This document shows, one piece after another, positions 37,569-50,437 of a DNA stretch of 63,965 nt. The position numbers and the translations under genes are program-made. The DNA lies in contig JARFYF010000017.1 in assembly GCA_030265395.1 (NCBI GenBank), forward strand, positions 27,135,882 to 27,199,846. The letters run 5' to 3'. The DNA is from Rhina ancylostomus. Taxonomy: Eukaryota. How positions within the stretch are numbered: the stretch's first letter is position 1; each line of letters starts with the position of its first letter. The notes beneath the pieces are model-generated. The model searched no databases. It was not told the DNA's origin and saw only the letters and a program-made list of their open reading frames with translations.

Positions 37569-39454
37569 TCATGAAAGTTGATGTGTGGGAGGCAGCCAGC
37601 ACAACAGACGTAGCCCGTCCACTCAGGAATTAATTCTAAATTATGGAAGAGCTCCTGTGACACAAAGAACAAAACCTTCAATACTAAAACACACCATTGC
37701 TAAAACTGAAAAACAGTTCACATGCCAGGCCTTCATCTGAAGATACAGATCATATCATTAAAATAGAAAAATGGCCCTCAGTATTTCAACAAATACAAAA
37801 ATGGATCAAGATTTGGAACGTGGAATGGCATAGGGACCAGAGCAAAGAATTACTATTCCTAAGCAGCAATGTAGTTCAGCATCTAATACAGAACTACATG
37901 CTACTGAAAGCAATAAAGTACTCAGACACCATGCCAGAGCCCTCACAACTACCGAAACACATTGCAGACACCCACGAATCGCCAAACAAAAGACTTAAGT
38001 TAGTGACAGATGGCAACGTTGACAAGTTTTATCATGCCAACTAAAGCAAAACACCCCAAAAGAAAAGCGAAAATCACTCCTTGCTGCCCACTTTCATCCA
38101 ACAGGACATTAAAAACCCACCAGTTTGTACAGCAGCTTCTGATGGATATAATTTACCCTGAACAAACATGATGTAATAAAATCTGAACCTACAATGTTCC
38201 ATTCCATTATACAAAGCATTGACAGACACCTCTGATCCCACATTAATAATACACAGTGGGCATCGATCTTGACTTTTCAGAAAAACAGACTTAACTAATT
38301 GAAAAAAAACACATGAATACAAATCTGAAGGAAGATGCAAATGCTGTTGAAGATGTAATCGACAAAGGGATGGAACAATGGCTTGTAAAGTTGCAGTCCA
38401 AAGAAGGGGATGGTTCATATTGACCCTTGCTTGTGGCTCTGATCAGGGTCCCAGTGTTCATCCACTGAAACTGAAGGGAGTNNNNNNNNNNNNNNNNNNN
38501 NNNNNNNNNNNNNNNNNNNNNNNNNNNNNNNNNNNNNNNNNNNNNNNNNNNNNNNNNNNNNNNNNNNNNNNNNNNNNNNNNAAGGGAGTCCCAGAATTTT
38601 AATCACCTGCTATGAAATGGAAAACCCTGGACTTTTTGATGTATTCAAATGGCTGATTCTGCCAGTTTGCTCCGTGGCTTGACTCCATGCCCAGTCTTGT
38701 TGGAACTGCATGGCCTCACAGTGGGCGAGAGCAATCACCACTCAGACCTGTGACAGGTCAATTCCCCATTCATTTCAACAGGGGTTGGAGGGCAATGACT
38801 CAAGATGAAATGGGGATAGTAGATTACATTTCACCTTCATTTTTTAAAATTATTTATGAATGTTTTGGGTGTTTTGAGTTAATGTTTTTAGTTCAGTTTT
38901 TATATTTAAATTTCAGTGTATGTCAGACACACTTAAGAATGAATAAAACCAGGGACAACCTTTATGGCTGGCAAACCCTGTGCCCAGCTATGTTGTCTGC
39001 CAGGGGCACTTAGGGATCTAGGTTTCTGCACTATGTCACCTGAGGCCATGTCACTGTCCCGGCCAAGCTGTTGGACTCCAGGGTGCAGAAGTCCAGAGAG
39101 GCAAACTCTTGATACCCAGCTCAACAAAGGGAGGTGTGGTTGGTCTATGGCAGTGACTATGGGTGGGAGACCTGGCCAGCGCAATCTGACCCTGTGTAAC
39201 TCAGAACATTATTTCAAGCAAATGGCTAAATACCACATAATCATTTAGTATGCTGGGTAATGAACTTCACTGCCTCCACAGGAGGAAGGAAATATTTTAA
39301 AATAACAATGTAGAGAGACAAGAATTACAAATGTTCACAACCAAAAATATAAATTGATGCTGAAGGTGCCATTATGCCCCTTGAGCCTGCTGCAAACTTC
39401 AGTGACAGATGCTTTACCTCCCCATATCCTCAAACACCACTCGTATGGAGATAT

Positions 39455-39828
39455 GGTGGCACTGTGGCACAACTGGTAGAGCTGTTGCCTCATGGATCCA
39501 GTGACCTGGGTTCAATTCTGACCTCAGTGGCTGTCTGTGGAGTTAGTATATTCTCCCTATGACTGTGTGGGTTTCCTCCATGTAGTCCAGATTCCTTCAA
39601 CATCCCAAAGGAAGAGCATGTTGGTAGATTAATTGACCATGTTAAATTGCTCCTTGTGTTTTGTTCAGTGACATGATAACCTTGGGGGAGTTGATGGGAA
39701 TGTGGGGAGAAGAAAATAGGATCGGTATAGAATTAATATACGTAAATGGATGCTTAAGTGGTTGACATGCACTCTATGGGCCAAAGGGCTTATTTCCATG
39801 CTGGATGACTCTATAGCTCTATGATTCT
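39455..39828 (+). mobile_element. Near full-length HE1-like V-SINE
   Basis: A-box-like tggcacaactgg, B-box ggttcaattct, V-domain ctgtggagtt...tgtgtgggtttcctcc, and a CR1/HER1-type tail atgggccaaagggcttatttccatgctggatgactctat. Confidence 0.85.
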
Positions 39829-40675
39829 CTGTGTGTTCAATAATCCATAAACCTTGGCCTTGAAAGTAGTGGGTGGGCCAAGTCATGCTGCTTGTGGCCA
39901 GCCATTCCAAAGGGAATTGTCGACAATCATCCACATCCAGACTCACCTATCTCTGGGATGTACCGAGTGACAGATATTTGTCAATCTGCTCCATCGCCAG
40001 ACTTCACATGGAGTTCAAAGGTAGAACCCAGTCATTCCAGGATTCCCCAACATCATACCGGAGAATCTGAGAGTCCTGTTTTAGGATTGGAATCCCATTC
40101 ATTTTATGGGGATTCCCAGGTGAGAGATTAGGAAGTCAAAGGTAAGAATTTTTATTTTTTTAAATTTATTTTGCTTTAATGCTTTTAAATTTGTACTTCA
40201 TTGTTTTTTAATTAATTTATTTTGTTATTTGTTTAATTATGTACTGTCATTATATTAGCTTCACATGTCTCTAAGTATCAAAGACGTTTTAAACTGTTTA
40301 AATTAGAGACCTGGTTTTGATGGGAAGCAAAGCTCCATCTGCAGTCTTACTTCCTGTCAAAAGCAGTCAGGACCTGTTGGGAATGGGGTCTCAGCAGTTC
40401 ACCGCCTGGACCTACTCAGTGCAGAGGCCCCACAATGCCTCATTGACAATGTCTCCCTGATGCAGAGGTGGGCAGGCAGGCTCCATGTGTAGCATGTCCA
40501 GGCCGCAGGTAGGATCTAGTACCATTCCGTCCAACATCAGGGCATTCACAGCTCTCTGTGATAAAGGATTCTGATTATTCAAATGTATTTCTTGTCATCT
40601 CAGTCTTAAATGAGAAACCCCTTACGGAGGTTAAAGATTTGCCCATTGAAGTTAGGAAAAGAAGTAAGGAGGTGG

Positions 40676-40847
40676 AACACAAGAGACTGCAAATGCTGGA
40701 ATCTGCAGCAACAAACAAGATGCTGGAGGAACTCAGCAGGTCAGACATCATCTGTGGAGTTAAATGCAGTCCAGCTGAAGGGTCTTGGTCTGAAGTGTCG
40801 ACTGTCCATTTCCCTCCACAGATGCTTAGTTCCTCCAGCATCTTGTG
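40676..40847. mobile_element. Palindromic Penelope-terminal-repeat-like element with a central hammerhead layout
   Basis: Perfect inverted repeats CAAGATGCTGGAGGAACT (40716-40733) / 40828-40845 and CATCTGTGGAG (40749-40759) / 40814-40824. The centre reads CAGTC-CAGCTGA-AGGGTCTTGGTCT-GAAGT-GTC-GACTG. Confidence 0.85.
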
Positions 40848-43449
40848 AGAAGCCCTCTTACCCTGACACCATGCTCCTAGTTCTTGGAAACATGGAAAAG
40901 TACAAATCTGAAGGACACACATATAAGAAATTAAAATAAACTCTGGAATGCAAGTCAAAAGTATTCCATTTGCAGGAAATGCATATAAAACTTAAATGAG
41001 AGTGAAATTCTTACTACCTACTGTATACAAGACACCGGATACAAATTGTTACAGAACATAAATTTAAAAAGTCAAGGAACCAATTCACTTTACTTACACT
41101 GAAAGAGAAAAAATGGGAAGAAATAATACAATGGTCCCTCTGCATTTAAACTAGTCCTGTGATCCGGTGACCTTTTGAGTAAAGTAAGTTTATACTCTGT
41201 GTTTTAGGTCTTCAAAACATTAAGCAGGAGCCAAAAGCAACTCATGAAATTTAAGAGTTGCTTTTGAAGTCTGTGCAGAAATTATGCATCTGGGAACTAT
41301 GGGAAAAGCCAAGCTGTCCTGCTCTTCACAAGGTGAGGTCTGAGAGGTTTTAACACCTGAGTATCATCTGCAAGTCCCCTTCCACTCTCCCACCAGTTGG
41401 CTGGTAGACAGCAGTAATGTGGTGGTATGGCAATTTTCTGACACTATGGTCCCAAAGGAAAACCGCCGGCACTCAGCTAGGTTGTCAGCAGATAGCACAG
41501 GATGATATTGTAATCAGGACAATGTTAGGAAGAAGGAAATCTGGCCTGGGGAGCCCAAGATTCCTAGGGTACACTTACTCCTTTTACCCATGAAGAACAC
41601 ACAAAAGAATATTTGGCCTTCTTATTGTCTGGCTATGTTTCCCATTAGGTTGGTTATTTGAAAAAGCAAGCATAGTAGCTTCAGTTCATATGTTTCCAGT
41701 TAAAATTGCTCAATAATATCACTGGAGTCTACTTTGCATACTTAAAAGAAAGACGTTACAATTCTCTGGTGGGTGTCCTGCTCAAAAAGACTGGGTTATT
41801 ATTTAAATAAAGGTAAAAATCAATCTTTTACAGAGTAAAAAGTTCTATCTCCTTACTTCTTGTTCTAACTTCAATGGACAGATCTTTACCCTCCAACAAT
41901 AAGGTCACCCATCAATTTCTATCCTGATGCGCAATCTGGAAGATCTCACAACCCATCTAAATCTACNNNNNNNNNNNNNNNNNGAAATTGGGAATGAGTT
42001 AATAGAAGAATGTTTAAAAAATTAAAAATGTTTGATGTTTGTTCAATAAGTGCACATTTCTAAAAGAACATATCGGCAGTTCCCAGGTTACATAGAAGCT
42101 CTGTTCCTGCAAACTCCCAGTTAACCAATTTTTCTGCAGGTCAGCGAATACACAAGTAATTGGCAAAAAGGACGTTGGTGCATGTTGGCATGTGGACAGC
42201 AGGTTTTGGTTTATCTCAATCCTACAGTAACACTGCATTTGTTTTATATTTAATGACGTAAAATGTCCCTGGGTGTATATAGCTATTGTCAATCTGTTTT
42301 TTAATGAATTAAAAAAGGACTTGTTATTGATATTAATGAGGTAGATTTCTACAAGCCACCCACAAAACCATGTTTCACAAAGATCATATTAAATAGGACT
42401 GGGAACTGGAAACTTATCAGAATAAAATTGCCCCATATTGTTGAACAGTATCCATTTGCTAGAATATGTAGCTACCCATATTGTATCATTCTACATACAC
42501 TTCCTATGATTCTTTCATTTCATAAAGTATCTTCTATGTTACCCTAACATTACCCATAGTTAAACAAATGGAACATATACTGTATTCTGTTGTTAATGAA
42601 TACTAGCTTGCATTTCTGTCACTAACTTTCCTATCTTGAAAAACTTTAAGAATTTATGGGAGAATTTGCGCAGTCAGATTTCTGTAGGTCAATTCTTTTG
42701 TAAATAGGGAGACTCTGTACTTAACCAACATTGCTGATATTTTTTCCTTATGTAAAACAAAATGCTTACCAATTCATGCTCAGTTCAAAGCACTGAACAC
42801 AATGTCTTGGAAATTGCTCTTTGCTATTTCTTTTTGGCATTAAACAACATTATAGATCACCCTAAGGCTGTTTATGAAAGACACATAAAAAGTGAGAATN
42901 NNNNNNNNNNNGCACAAAGCAATGCTCTAGGATTTCCCTGTGTAATGCAATGGTGAAGCTGACATTTCTAGCCTAGCCTGGCATTTCCTACTGATGTGTT
43001 GCAAGTTCTCGTAGCTCCCAGTACGGCACAGCAGGTGCAAACTTTGCAGTGAGCTCTGAATGGGGCATACCATAATACTGGCAATGCACTTCCAGCTGTA
43101 GCAAAATCTTGCTACTGACTTGCTACTGAATGAATGAATGCTTCAATGACAGGGGGCAAAAGTGGAATACTTTCAGAAGGAAAATGCTCACAGAAAATAT
43201 ATTCTGTGAATAAGGAGGCTGCAGAAATCCTTTAGGATCTCCTTGCAGGAGGTTGCTAAGGACCTCAGTGAGGACATGAGTATAATCTCCAAATGCCTGT
43301 ACTTTCAAGTAAGTACATTGTCATTCCTGTTTCTGTGGACTGAAGGAACAATAGAGAAAAAAAGGCAAAGCTCTGTCTCATTGAGCTCAGAAATTGGCCT
43401 CCTCAACACAGTACTGAGTAGTAAACTATGAAAGATGGAAGAAAAAACA

Positions 43450-44670
43450 GCAGTTACCTGGAGTAACCCTAAGGGAAGAAAGCGGAGAGTAATTATGACA
43501 CTGATTCTGATACCCATGGGTAAAGTAGTCAAGGCACCATCTGAGGTCAGAACTAGGAAAAGTAGTCCATTCATGGCTAACAAGAGAAGTTAATGATTGA
43601 AGGAAAGGCTTATGATGTTGCCAAAAAGAACAGTCAGCCTGAAGAATGGGAACATTTCAGAATTCAGGCATGGAAGACCAAAATATTGATAAAGAAAGGG
43701 AAAGCAGAATACAAGAGTAATCCAGTGAGAAAAAAAATCAGAAGAGATTGTAAAAGCTTCCACAGAGTGATAGAATGGAAGAAATTAGCTAGAGTTACTG
43801 CAGGTTCTTTACAGACTGAGATAGAGAAATTGAACTGGGGAATAATGAAATGGGACAGAAAGAAATATTTTGTATTTGTCTTGACAGAAGAAGGCATATA
43901 AAACCTCCTGAAAATTGTGGAAAACAACAGATCCAGAACGAATGAGCTTCTGAAAGAAATTGACATTAATAAAGAAATATTGGAGAAATTAATGGGACTG
44001 AAAGCCAATAAATCCCCAGGATCGGATGTCTGGCATCCCTAGGTGTTGACAAATCTTTCAGAGTTTTTTGAGATTTCATATAGTTGGATAAGGAAGAACC
44101 AATTGACATTCTATATTCAGACTTACTTAATGCCTTTGATAAGTGCCACACAAGAGCGCATGGTATTGAGGGTAATTTATCGGCATGGATTAAGGATTGG
44201 TTAACAGCAGAAAATGGAGAGTAGGAATAAAAGTATAACTTTCTGGTTGGGAGGCTATGACTAAGGGGATGTTGCAGGGATTTTGATGAAGGGACCAAGT
44301 TTACTATATCCAAATTTATTAATGTTACAAAGCAGGATGCCAGTGTGGCGAGAAGGGTGCAGAGGGGATGAAGACAGGCTGAATGAAAGGGAAAAGGACA
44401 CATGGAATAGGTATGAACAAATACGAAGTTAGCCACTTTGAGAGAAAAGTGGAAAAGTACTGTGAGAGATTGAAAGGCATCTGTGTTCAGAGGGATTGGG
44501 TACCTTTGTAAGTGAATCTCTGAAACTTAATATTCAGGTGCAACAAGGAGATAGGAAGGGAAATGGTATGTCGGCATTTACTGCAAGAGGATTTCAGGAC
44601 AAGTGTAAGACTTCTTCAACAAACAATAAATAATCTTTAAGAGACAAGCACTCTAATATGGTGCACAAAT
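43450..44670 (+). mobile_element. CR1 LINE ORF2 remnants with internal deletions
   Basis: Segments such as DCKSFHR, YFVFVLTEE, LMGLKANKSPGSD, YSDLLNAFDKCH and GIEGNLSAWIKDWL occur in CR1 order with many stops. Confidence 0.85.
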
Positions 44671-44679
44671 CTGGGATGG

Positions 44680-45003
44680 CTAGGGTGATAGTCAGAATCT
44701 TTTTCCCATGTTGGAGTATCAAAAACAAGAGGGCATAGTTTTAAAGTGAGAGCAAGACTTTTAAAGGGGATTTTCAGGGAAAGTTACACAGAGAGTGGTT
44801 GATATGTAGAACTCACTACCAAAGAAGATGGTAGAATCAGTTACAATCACTATGTTTAGGAGACATTTAGACAGTCACTTAAATAGGTACAGAAGGATAC
44901 GGTCCCAATGCAGGGAAATGGGATAAGTGTGGATGAGCACAAAGGTTGGTGTTGATGTGATGGGCCGAATGGTCATTTTCTGTTCTGTATAACTCCATGA
45001 CTC
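44680..45003 (+). mobile_element. HER1/CR1-like LINE 3' end
   Basis: Codes SKTRGHSFKVR and RVVDM*NSLPK, and ends in the tail gatgggccgaatggtcattttctgttctgtataactccatgactc. Confidence 0.8.
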
Positions 45004-45494
45004 TTTTTCTGGACATAAGTTATATGAAAGCCACAAGCAGATTAAGTTGAAAATTCCTTTACACAGAGAGTGCTGTGGATGGAGTCTGGTGCTACACTGG
45101 AGTGACTCAAGCAGAACGTATTGACACAGAATGGTGCAAAATGGAGACAGAATGGGAAAATTTAATTACAAAGGAAAAAGGCATATGTGGAACATAAATA
45201 TTATATAGTCCAATTGGATCAAATGTTCTGTTCCTATGCTGTAGATTATGTGGGATAAACAGGAACACTGACAGTCAGAGCATATCCCATTCATTTTACA
45301 ATCAGGCAAACTTGTTTACACCACCTGTGAGTGGTGTAATTGACACTACTGGTAATGTATTTTTCATAAAGCATGAGGCTTTGACTTGTACTGTCTCTAT
45401 TAAATGTTCATTGCACACTACAATGTTTATGCGGGATTGTGTTACATCAATTGGATGTCAATTTGGTTTGTATGTTAAATAAAATTTAAAAAAA

Positions 45495-45875
45495 ACTTGC
45501 CCTAAATTGCACTTCTCATAATCTCAAATCCCAGAGATTATTAAGTACTTTTGAAAGGCAGTCGCTATTGGAATATAGTAAATACCAAAACCCAACTTAC
45601 ACACAAGATCCTGCATACAGTAGTGAGATAATGAACAAATTATTTGTTTTCAGAATTTAATATGGGGGTAAGTATTGGCCAAGAATGCAGGGAGAATTTC
45701 CATGCTGCTCGTTCAATGTTTTATTGGATCTTTCACTGAGCAGGTCTTGATTTAACATCTCATTGAAAAAACAGCATTCCTGATGTTATACATTCAAATC
45801 TTTGCAATGGGATTTGAATCTACAAGATATTTGGTTCTGGAGGTAATAGAGCTATCACTGGGCTGTGGCTGACAC
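45495..45875 (-). mobile_element. DeuSINE-like (SacSINE1-like) element, decayed
   Basis: Order of segments fits a reversed DeuSINE: gtactttttgaa...cacaagatcc...gagataatgaacaa...gtattggccaagaatgcagggagaa...tttaacatctcattgaaaaaacagca...gggatttgaatctac (B-box). Confidence 0.6.
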
Positions 45876-46414
45876 CATTTGTATATGAATGTAAAAGTTT
45901 TTGACTGCAGATGAACAGAATGCAGAGATTAAATATTTGGACAAAATACCACTTGAAGCAAATATTCTAAATTGTTATTATGTGCACTAAATTAAACAGG
46001 CAGATGTTTACATTTAGTTTTAAACAAGGATTAGCATCTAAATCCATCCACGTAGTATATTCTGTTAGATAGTATTCATCTTATCAGACGGCATTTTAGT
46101 TTGTTCTTCGTTCAATACCCTGCATAGTATTGTGAATATAAGGCTGATCAAGCCTATTTTAACGTCCCTAAATGGAAATATCATCTTTTAGTACAGAAGA
46201 CACAGTAAATTGATCAGAACTTACATTTGAATTATTAGAAATGAAAAAAGAATGATTGTGGTTATGCTGCTCTTTATTGCAAAACATACAGTGCATTGAG
46301 ATATGTATTGACTACTTTTATGGAAACCATCTACACTAGCCTCACAAATATTAAGACCGCATGTTGTGGTATTGCTGAGGGTAAACTTTGTTCTGTCTGC
46401 CAGGGTCTCCATGG

Positions 46415-46590
46415 GCCCAGGTACCTGTCCATCCAAACCAGCAAATGGTGGCTTGGATTAACATCTCATCTGATGTATGGCATCTCTTGTATTGAGGTCC
46501 CCCTATGCACTGCAGAAAACGCTCATCCTGGTAAGGGGCTTGACACCTCAAATTCTGATCTATGCCTGACACAACTATGAGCCAAGTCAA
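46415..46590 (-). mobile_element. DeuSINE-like 5' part, decayed
   Basis: ggattaacatctcatctgatgtatggcatctc...ggggcttgacacc...tgagccaag parallels 45745-45875. Confidence 0.5.
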
Positions 46591-48689
46591 CTGAAAATTT
46601 ATGTCTGCAATAATTAAAGCTGCAGTTTATTTGTCACAGCACACCTAGCATATGTACAGTTAACGTGAGTATCTAAGTTATAGCATCCATACAAAAATAA
46701 TAGAGGGGATTGTAGAAAATGATTAAAATATAATAATAAAATATTCTTTTCTGTCCAGTAAATATTTCATCTATTAAGCTCCTGTATAAAAAACGGTGGA
46801 AGCTCATATCACACTAATGCTCTAGAACTGTGATCACAAACTGAGTTGTCGATGGGTGATTTACATTTTTAATGGCAGTCAGACAATATTTTCGGGAGTT
46901 AGATACATGCCTGCTGTTATTAACATTCAACAAGGAAATGCTTGTTGTTCATTGCCAAAATACCACAAGTGAGAACACAAATGTGAGAAAAATGAACTGA
47001 ACTGCACCTCCTTTCAAACTTCATCAGTTACTCTTGTGGTATTGTCTACTTCACCTTTACTGAATGCAATACGATTTTGGCAGCTTGCAAGAGATGTGCA
47101 GAGTGGCAGCATATCTTAGAAAAGAATTATTTTAAAAATCTGCAAATTAAATCTATCGATTTACTGCATATTCATTGATAAATATGTTAATCAAAGAGAG
47201 GGGAAAAACAATACAAACCAAACTATAATTTTTCACAAATGGCAAAAATAGTGATTGACAGCACAGGCCACGCATGCATAATGCATCTTATCCACTTTTG
47301 CAGATTGCCTTGTTACCAGTAATGGGAATAGTCTGTCATAAACCATTTTTGAAGCTGAAGTAAGAATTCTGTCAGACAATAAAACCATGGAATAACCTTG
47401 ACACCAGATATTTCAATGCAATTTTTAACGTATTTGGATTTTCTTTTGCCAGCAAGAGGTAAATATTCTAGTTTTCAGTTAAAATGCAATTAATCTATTA
47501 CCTAATGCAATTTTAAAAACTGTGACATTTACATACTATAAATCACAGTGTCACAACCCACAAATCACAACCATGCACTTCATATGAGACAACATCTTAT
47601 TTCATCAAGGGTCCTTTTCGCCAACGGGCATACATGCCAGCAATACCTTTTCACAGTCTCAATAATCAGCTTATTTATTATATTGCTGCATTTCAGCCTG
47701 CGCCGTGATTATCTCAAAATGTATCCTTTACTGGGCAATATGAAATCATCTCATGCAGAGGTAAATCTACTCTTTTGCACAGTTATTTAAAATGCAGGTG
47801 CCACACCATTTGGATTATTATTGTCCAGCACTGATACCACAGTAACAGCTATTCTTTAATGTAACAGGGTTCTCCAATTCACCTTGAAAGAGAAATCTTA
47901 TCTCCAGTCAAACTTGCAACAAGGAATCATGATGAGTTTCAACATCCTTTTTATTTTGTTGCCTATTTAAGTGTAAGTTTTTGAATATCTTTGTTTAAGC
48001 ACTGGAATCACCAAGGGGATCTGAAATGGGTCCTTTACTATGCTTTGCCATGTGAAGATTTTGAAGTAACTTTAGATTTTGTGATCAGTAGAAAATCAGC
48101 TGGGTTTCATTTTTCATTCCTCTAATCACCGAGAGAAAATTAATTCTGGTAGAAGCCTTAGCATAACTCACTTTTAGACCACCCATTTTTAATTCATAAA
48201 AATATATTTAACTTTTCTTTATTTGGTTTGTAGCTTGGGACTTGTGGGTTTTTGTTTACTGCATAAGGGGTGGGGGAATAGAGTGGTAAACAAATACACA
48301 CTCTGACTGGCTGGAGACTCCTGTAAACAATGGTTACATCTCTGGTGATTTTAATTATATGGGGAGATAGCAAGCACATCAATCTGGAGCCTAATGCCAT
48401 TGAAGTCAAATCCTGTTAGATTTACTATTGTTTATTGAAGTTGTTTACATTTATGATTCCTTTTGTCTCTAGTCTGTTAATGCAGGAAATGTTCTCAAAA
48501 GAACATCTCTGATTAATCATAAACTTTTATCTTATGTTGCACTAGCTTAAATAAAGCTCAGATATTAGAGAACTCAGATGCATATACCAACAGTAACTCA
48601 CCCATCCAATGCTAACTCTACCACTATACAGAATGTTTGCAAGGAGGAGATCCAGAGCTTGTGAGTAAAGCTTTTCTTCATTGATTTAT

Positions 48690-49758
48690 GGTCAAAATTT
48701 ACTTAAGAAAATTGCTAAGGCAATAGATATTTTATTATTTTGTAACACAAGTTGTAAAGGTGGCTTGGTTGGTTGATTGATTAGGTGGTAAAAGAGAATG
48801 GAAAAGGAACATGTATTGGAATTAGAAGGAGGTGACTGTGGTATCCCAAAGGATTTGTGCTGGGATCGCAACTATTTAGTAAATATTTATCAATACCTTG
48901 GATAATGTTATAGAGAGCCAAATATCCTACTGATGGCACACAAAAAAATAGAAGGCAACATTGAGTTGTATGGATGGGAATGAAAAAATACAAACAATTG
49001 ATTAATTAATTAGGCAAAGCTGTGGCAGGTGGATTTCAGGCAGGTAAGAAAGCGGAAGCCACGATGAACCAGGTACTCATCAAATGTTGGAGGACTAGGA
49101 TCATTTGAGATACATTTACATAGTCCATTTACAAAAGTCTATTTACATAGATTGCTAAAATATAGTTATCAGGTGGAGAAAAAGAAACAGAGTGTTATGT
49201 CTAAAGGGCTTGAATGTAAAGTGGTGGAGGTTTTGTGAAATATTTATAATACTTTGGTTAGGCCATATTTTAAACATTCACTTCTGACACCATCCTTTAG
49301 AACAGTTAAGCTGGCCTTAGAAAGAATACAGTGCAACTTTACCAGAATGTTAAAAAGATTCGCGGGTCAACGGTGTGAAGGGAGATTATGTATTTTTAGT
49401 TTATCTTCCTTGGAATATGAAAGGTTAAGGTTTCCTGGAGGTTTATTCAAAGCTGGAAATGATTCACAGATGAAAACTTTCTCCACTGGTGTAAGAATCA
49501 GAGTCATACCATTCAGAAGCAAGTTAGAAATACAAAGCGTGGTAGGAATGTGGAACTCTCATTTACAATGAAATAGATGCTAACTCAATTGATGATTTAA
49601 ATCTAAGATCAATAAGCCTTTGCTCATCTAGGATATTAGGAATACATAGCCATGGAAGTAGGATAAATGGAATTAGAATACAGATCAGCTATGATCTCAT
49701 TGAATGTCAGAACAGGTTTGAGGAACTGAATAGCATACAACTGTTCCCATGTTCCTAA
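48690..49758 (+). mobile_element. Old CR1 LINE 3' portion
   Basis: A decayed GIPQGFVLGSQLF segment (~48835-48905), then ORF 49254 motifs (VRPYFKH, ALERIQCNFTRML, SVVGMWNS), then the tail cagctatgatctcattgaatg...ctgttcccatgttcc. Confidence 0.8.
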
Positions 49759-50189
49759 GTTAAGCATTGGACAAGCAGTTATCAAAATAACAGTGAGGAT
49801 GATAGTATTCACCATAAATGGTACAAGAAAGTCAGAGAAGGAACAGGTTTATAGTAAAATGTGATTATTCAGAAGTTGCCATCCAAGTTGCTATTAGCTT
49901 TATGAAAATGTTATTTCATTTTCTGTCCAACTGTGGTTCAAAATTGAATGTCATAAGGTTGCTGTACATTCGAGGTAGTAACAAGGAACTAAACATGCTG
50001 CAGATATTTGGAGCTGGTAAGAGTAGCATAACTATCCTTTTAACAAGATGATAATTGTTAATTACTGTCAATCAGCCTTTTAGGTACCAAGAATTAATTA
50101 TAACAAGCATGAAGTTTCATTCCTTTGGGTTTTAAGTTTTTCAGGAAGACCTTAAAAATGTCAAATGTTAAATTAAAAGAAAACTTGTC

Positions 50190-50279
50190 CAGATTAGTTA
50201 GATTGGCATCATGGTCGGCACAGGCATGGTGGGCTGAAGGGTCTGTTCCTGTGCTGTACAGTTTTATGTTCTTTGTTCC
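50190..50279 (+). mobile_element. HER1/HE1-type 3' tail fragment
   Basis: ggcatcatggtcggcacaggcatggtgggctgaagggtctgttcctgtgctgtacagttttatgttctttgttc. Confidence 0.75.
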
Positions 50280-50437
50280 AAATTCAATCAATCTCTTCTG
50301 GGACGAAACATGGTAATAACCATTTCTAAGCTGTTTTACATTACTCTGAAAATTTGACCAAGCAGTTCTGGACTTGCACGTCAGCAATTTCTAAGTCAGT
50401 TATGGACAGAATAATGTCACTTCCTTTGGAACACAGC

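Noticed and set aside
37697-38044. 115-aa ORF in A-rich sequence
   Set aside because: No recognisable motif or splice context. It may be an unclassified TE relic.
38600-40560. Higher-GC patches flanking the SINE as a possible promoter or exon
   Set aside because: CpG-poor with no splice or promoter signature. More likely unclassified old repeats.
45316-45339. 9-bp hairpin TTACACCAC-ctgtga-GTGGTGTAA
   Set aside because: Short enough to arise by chance in 64 kb, with no supporting context.
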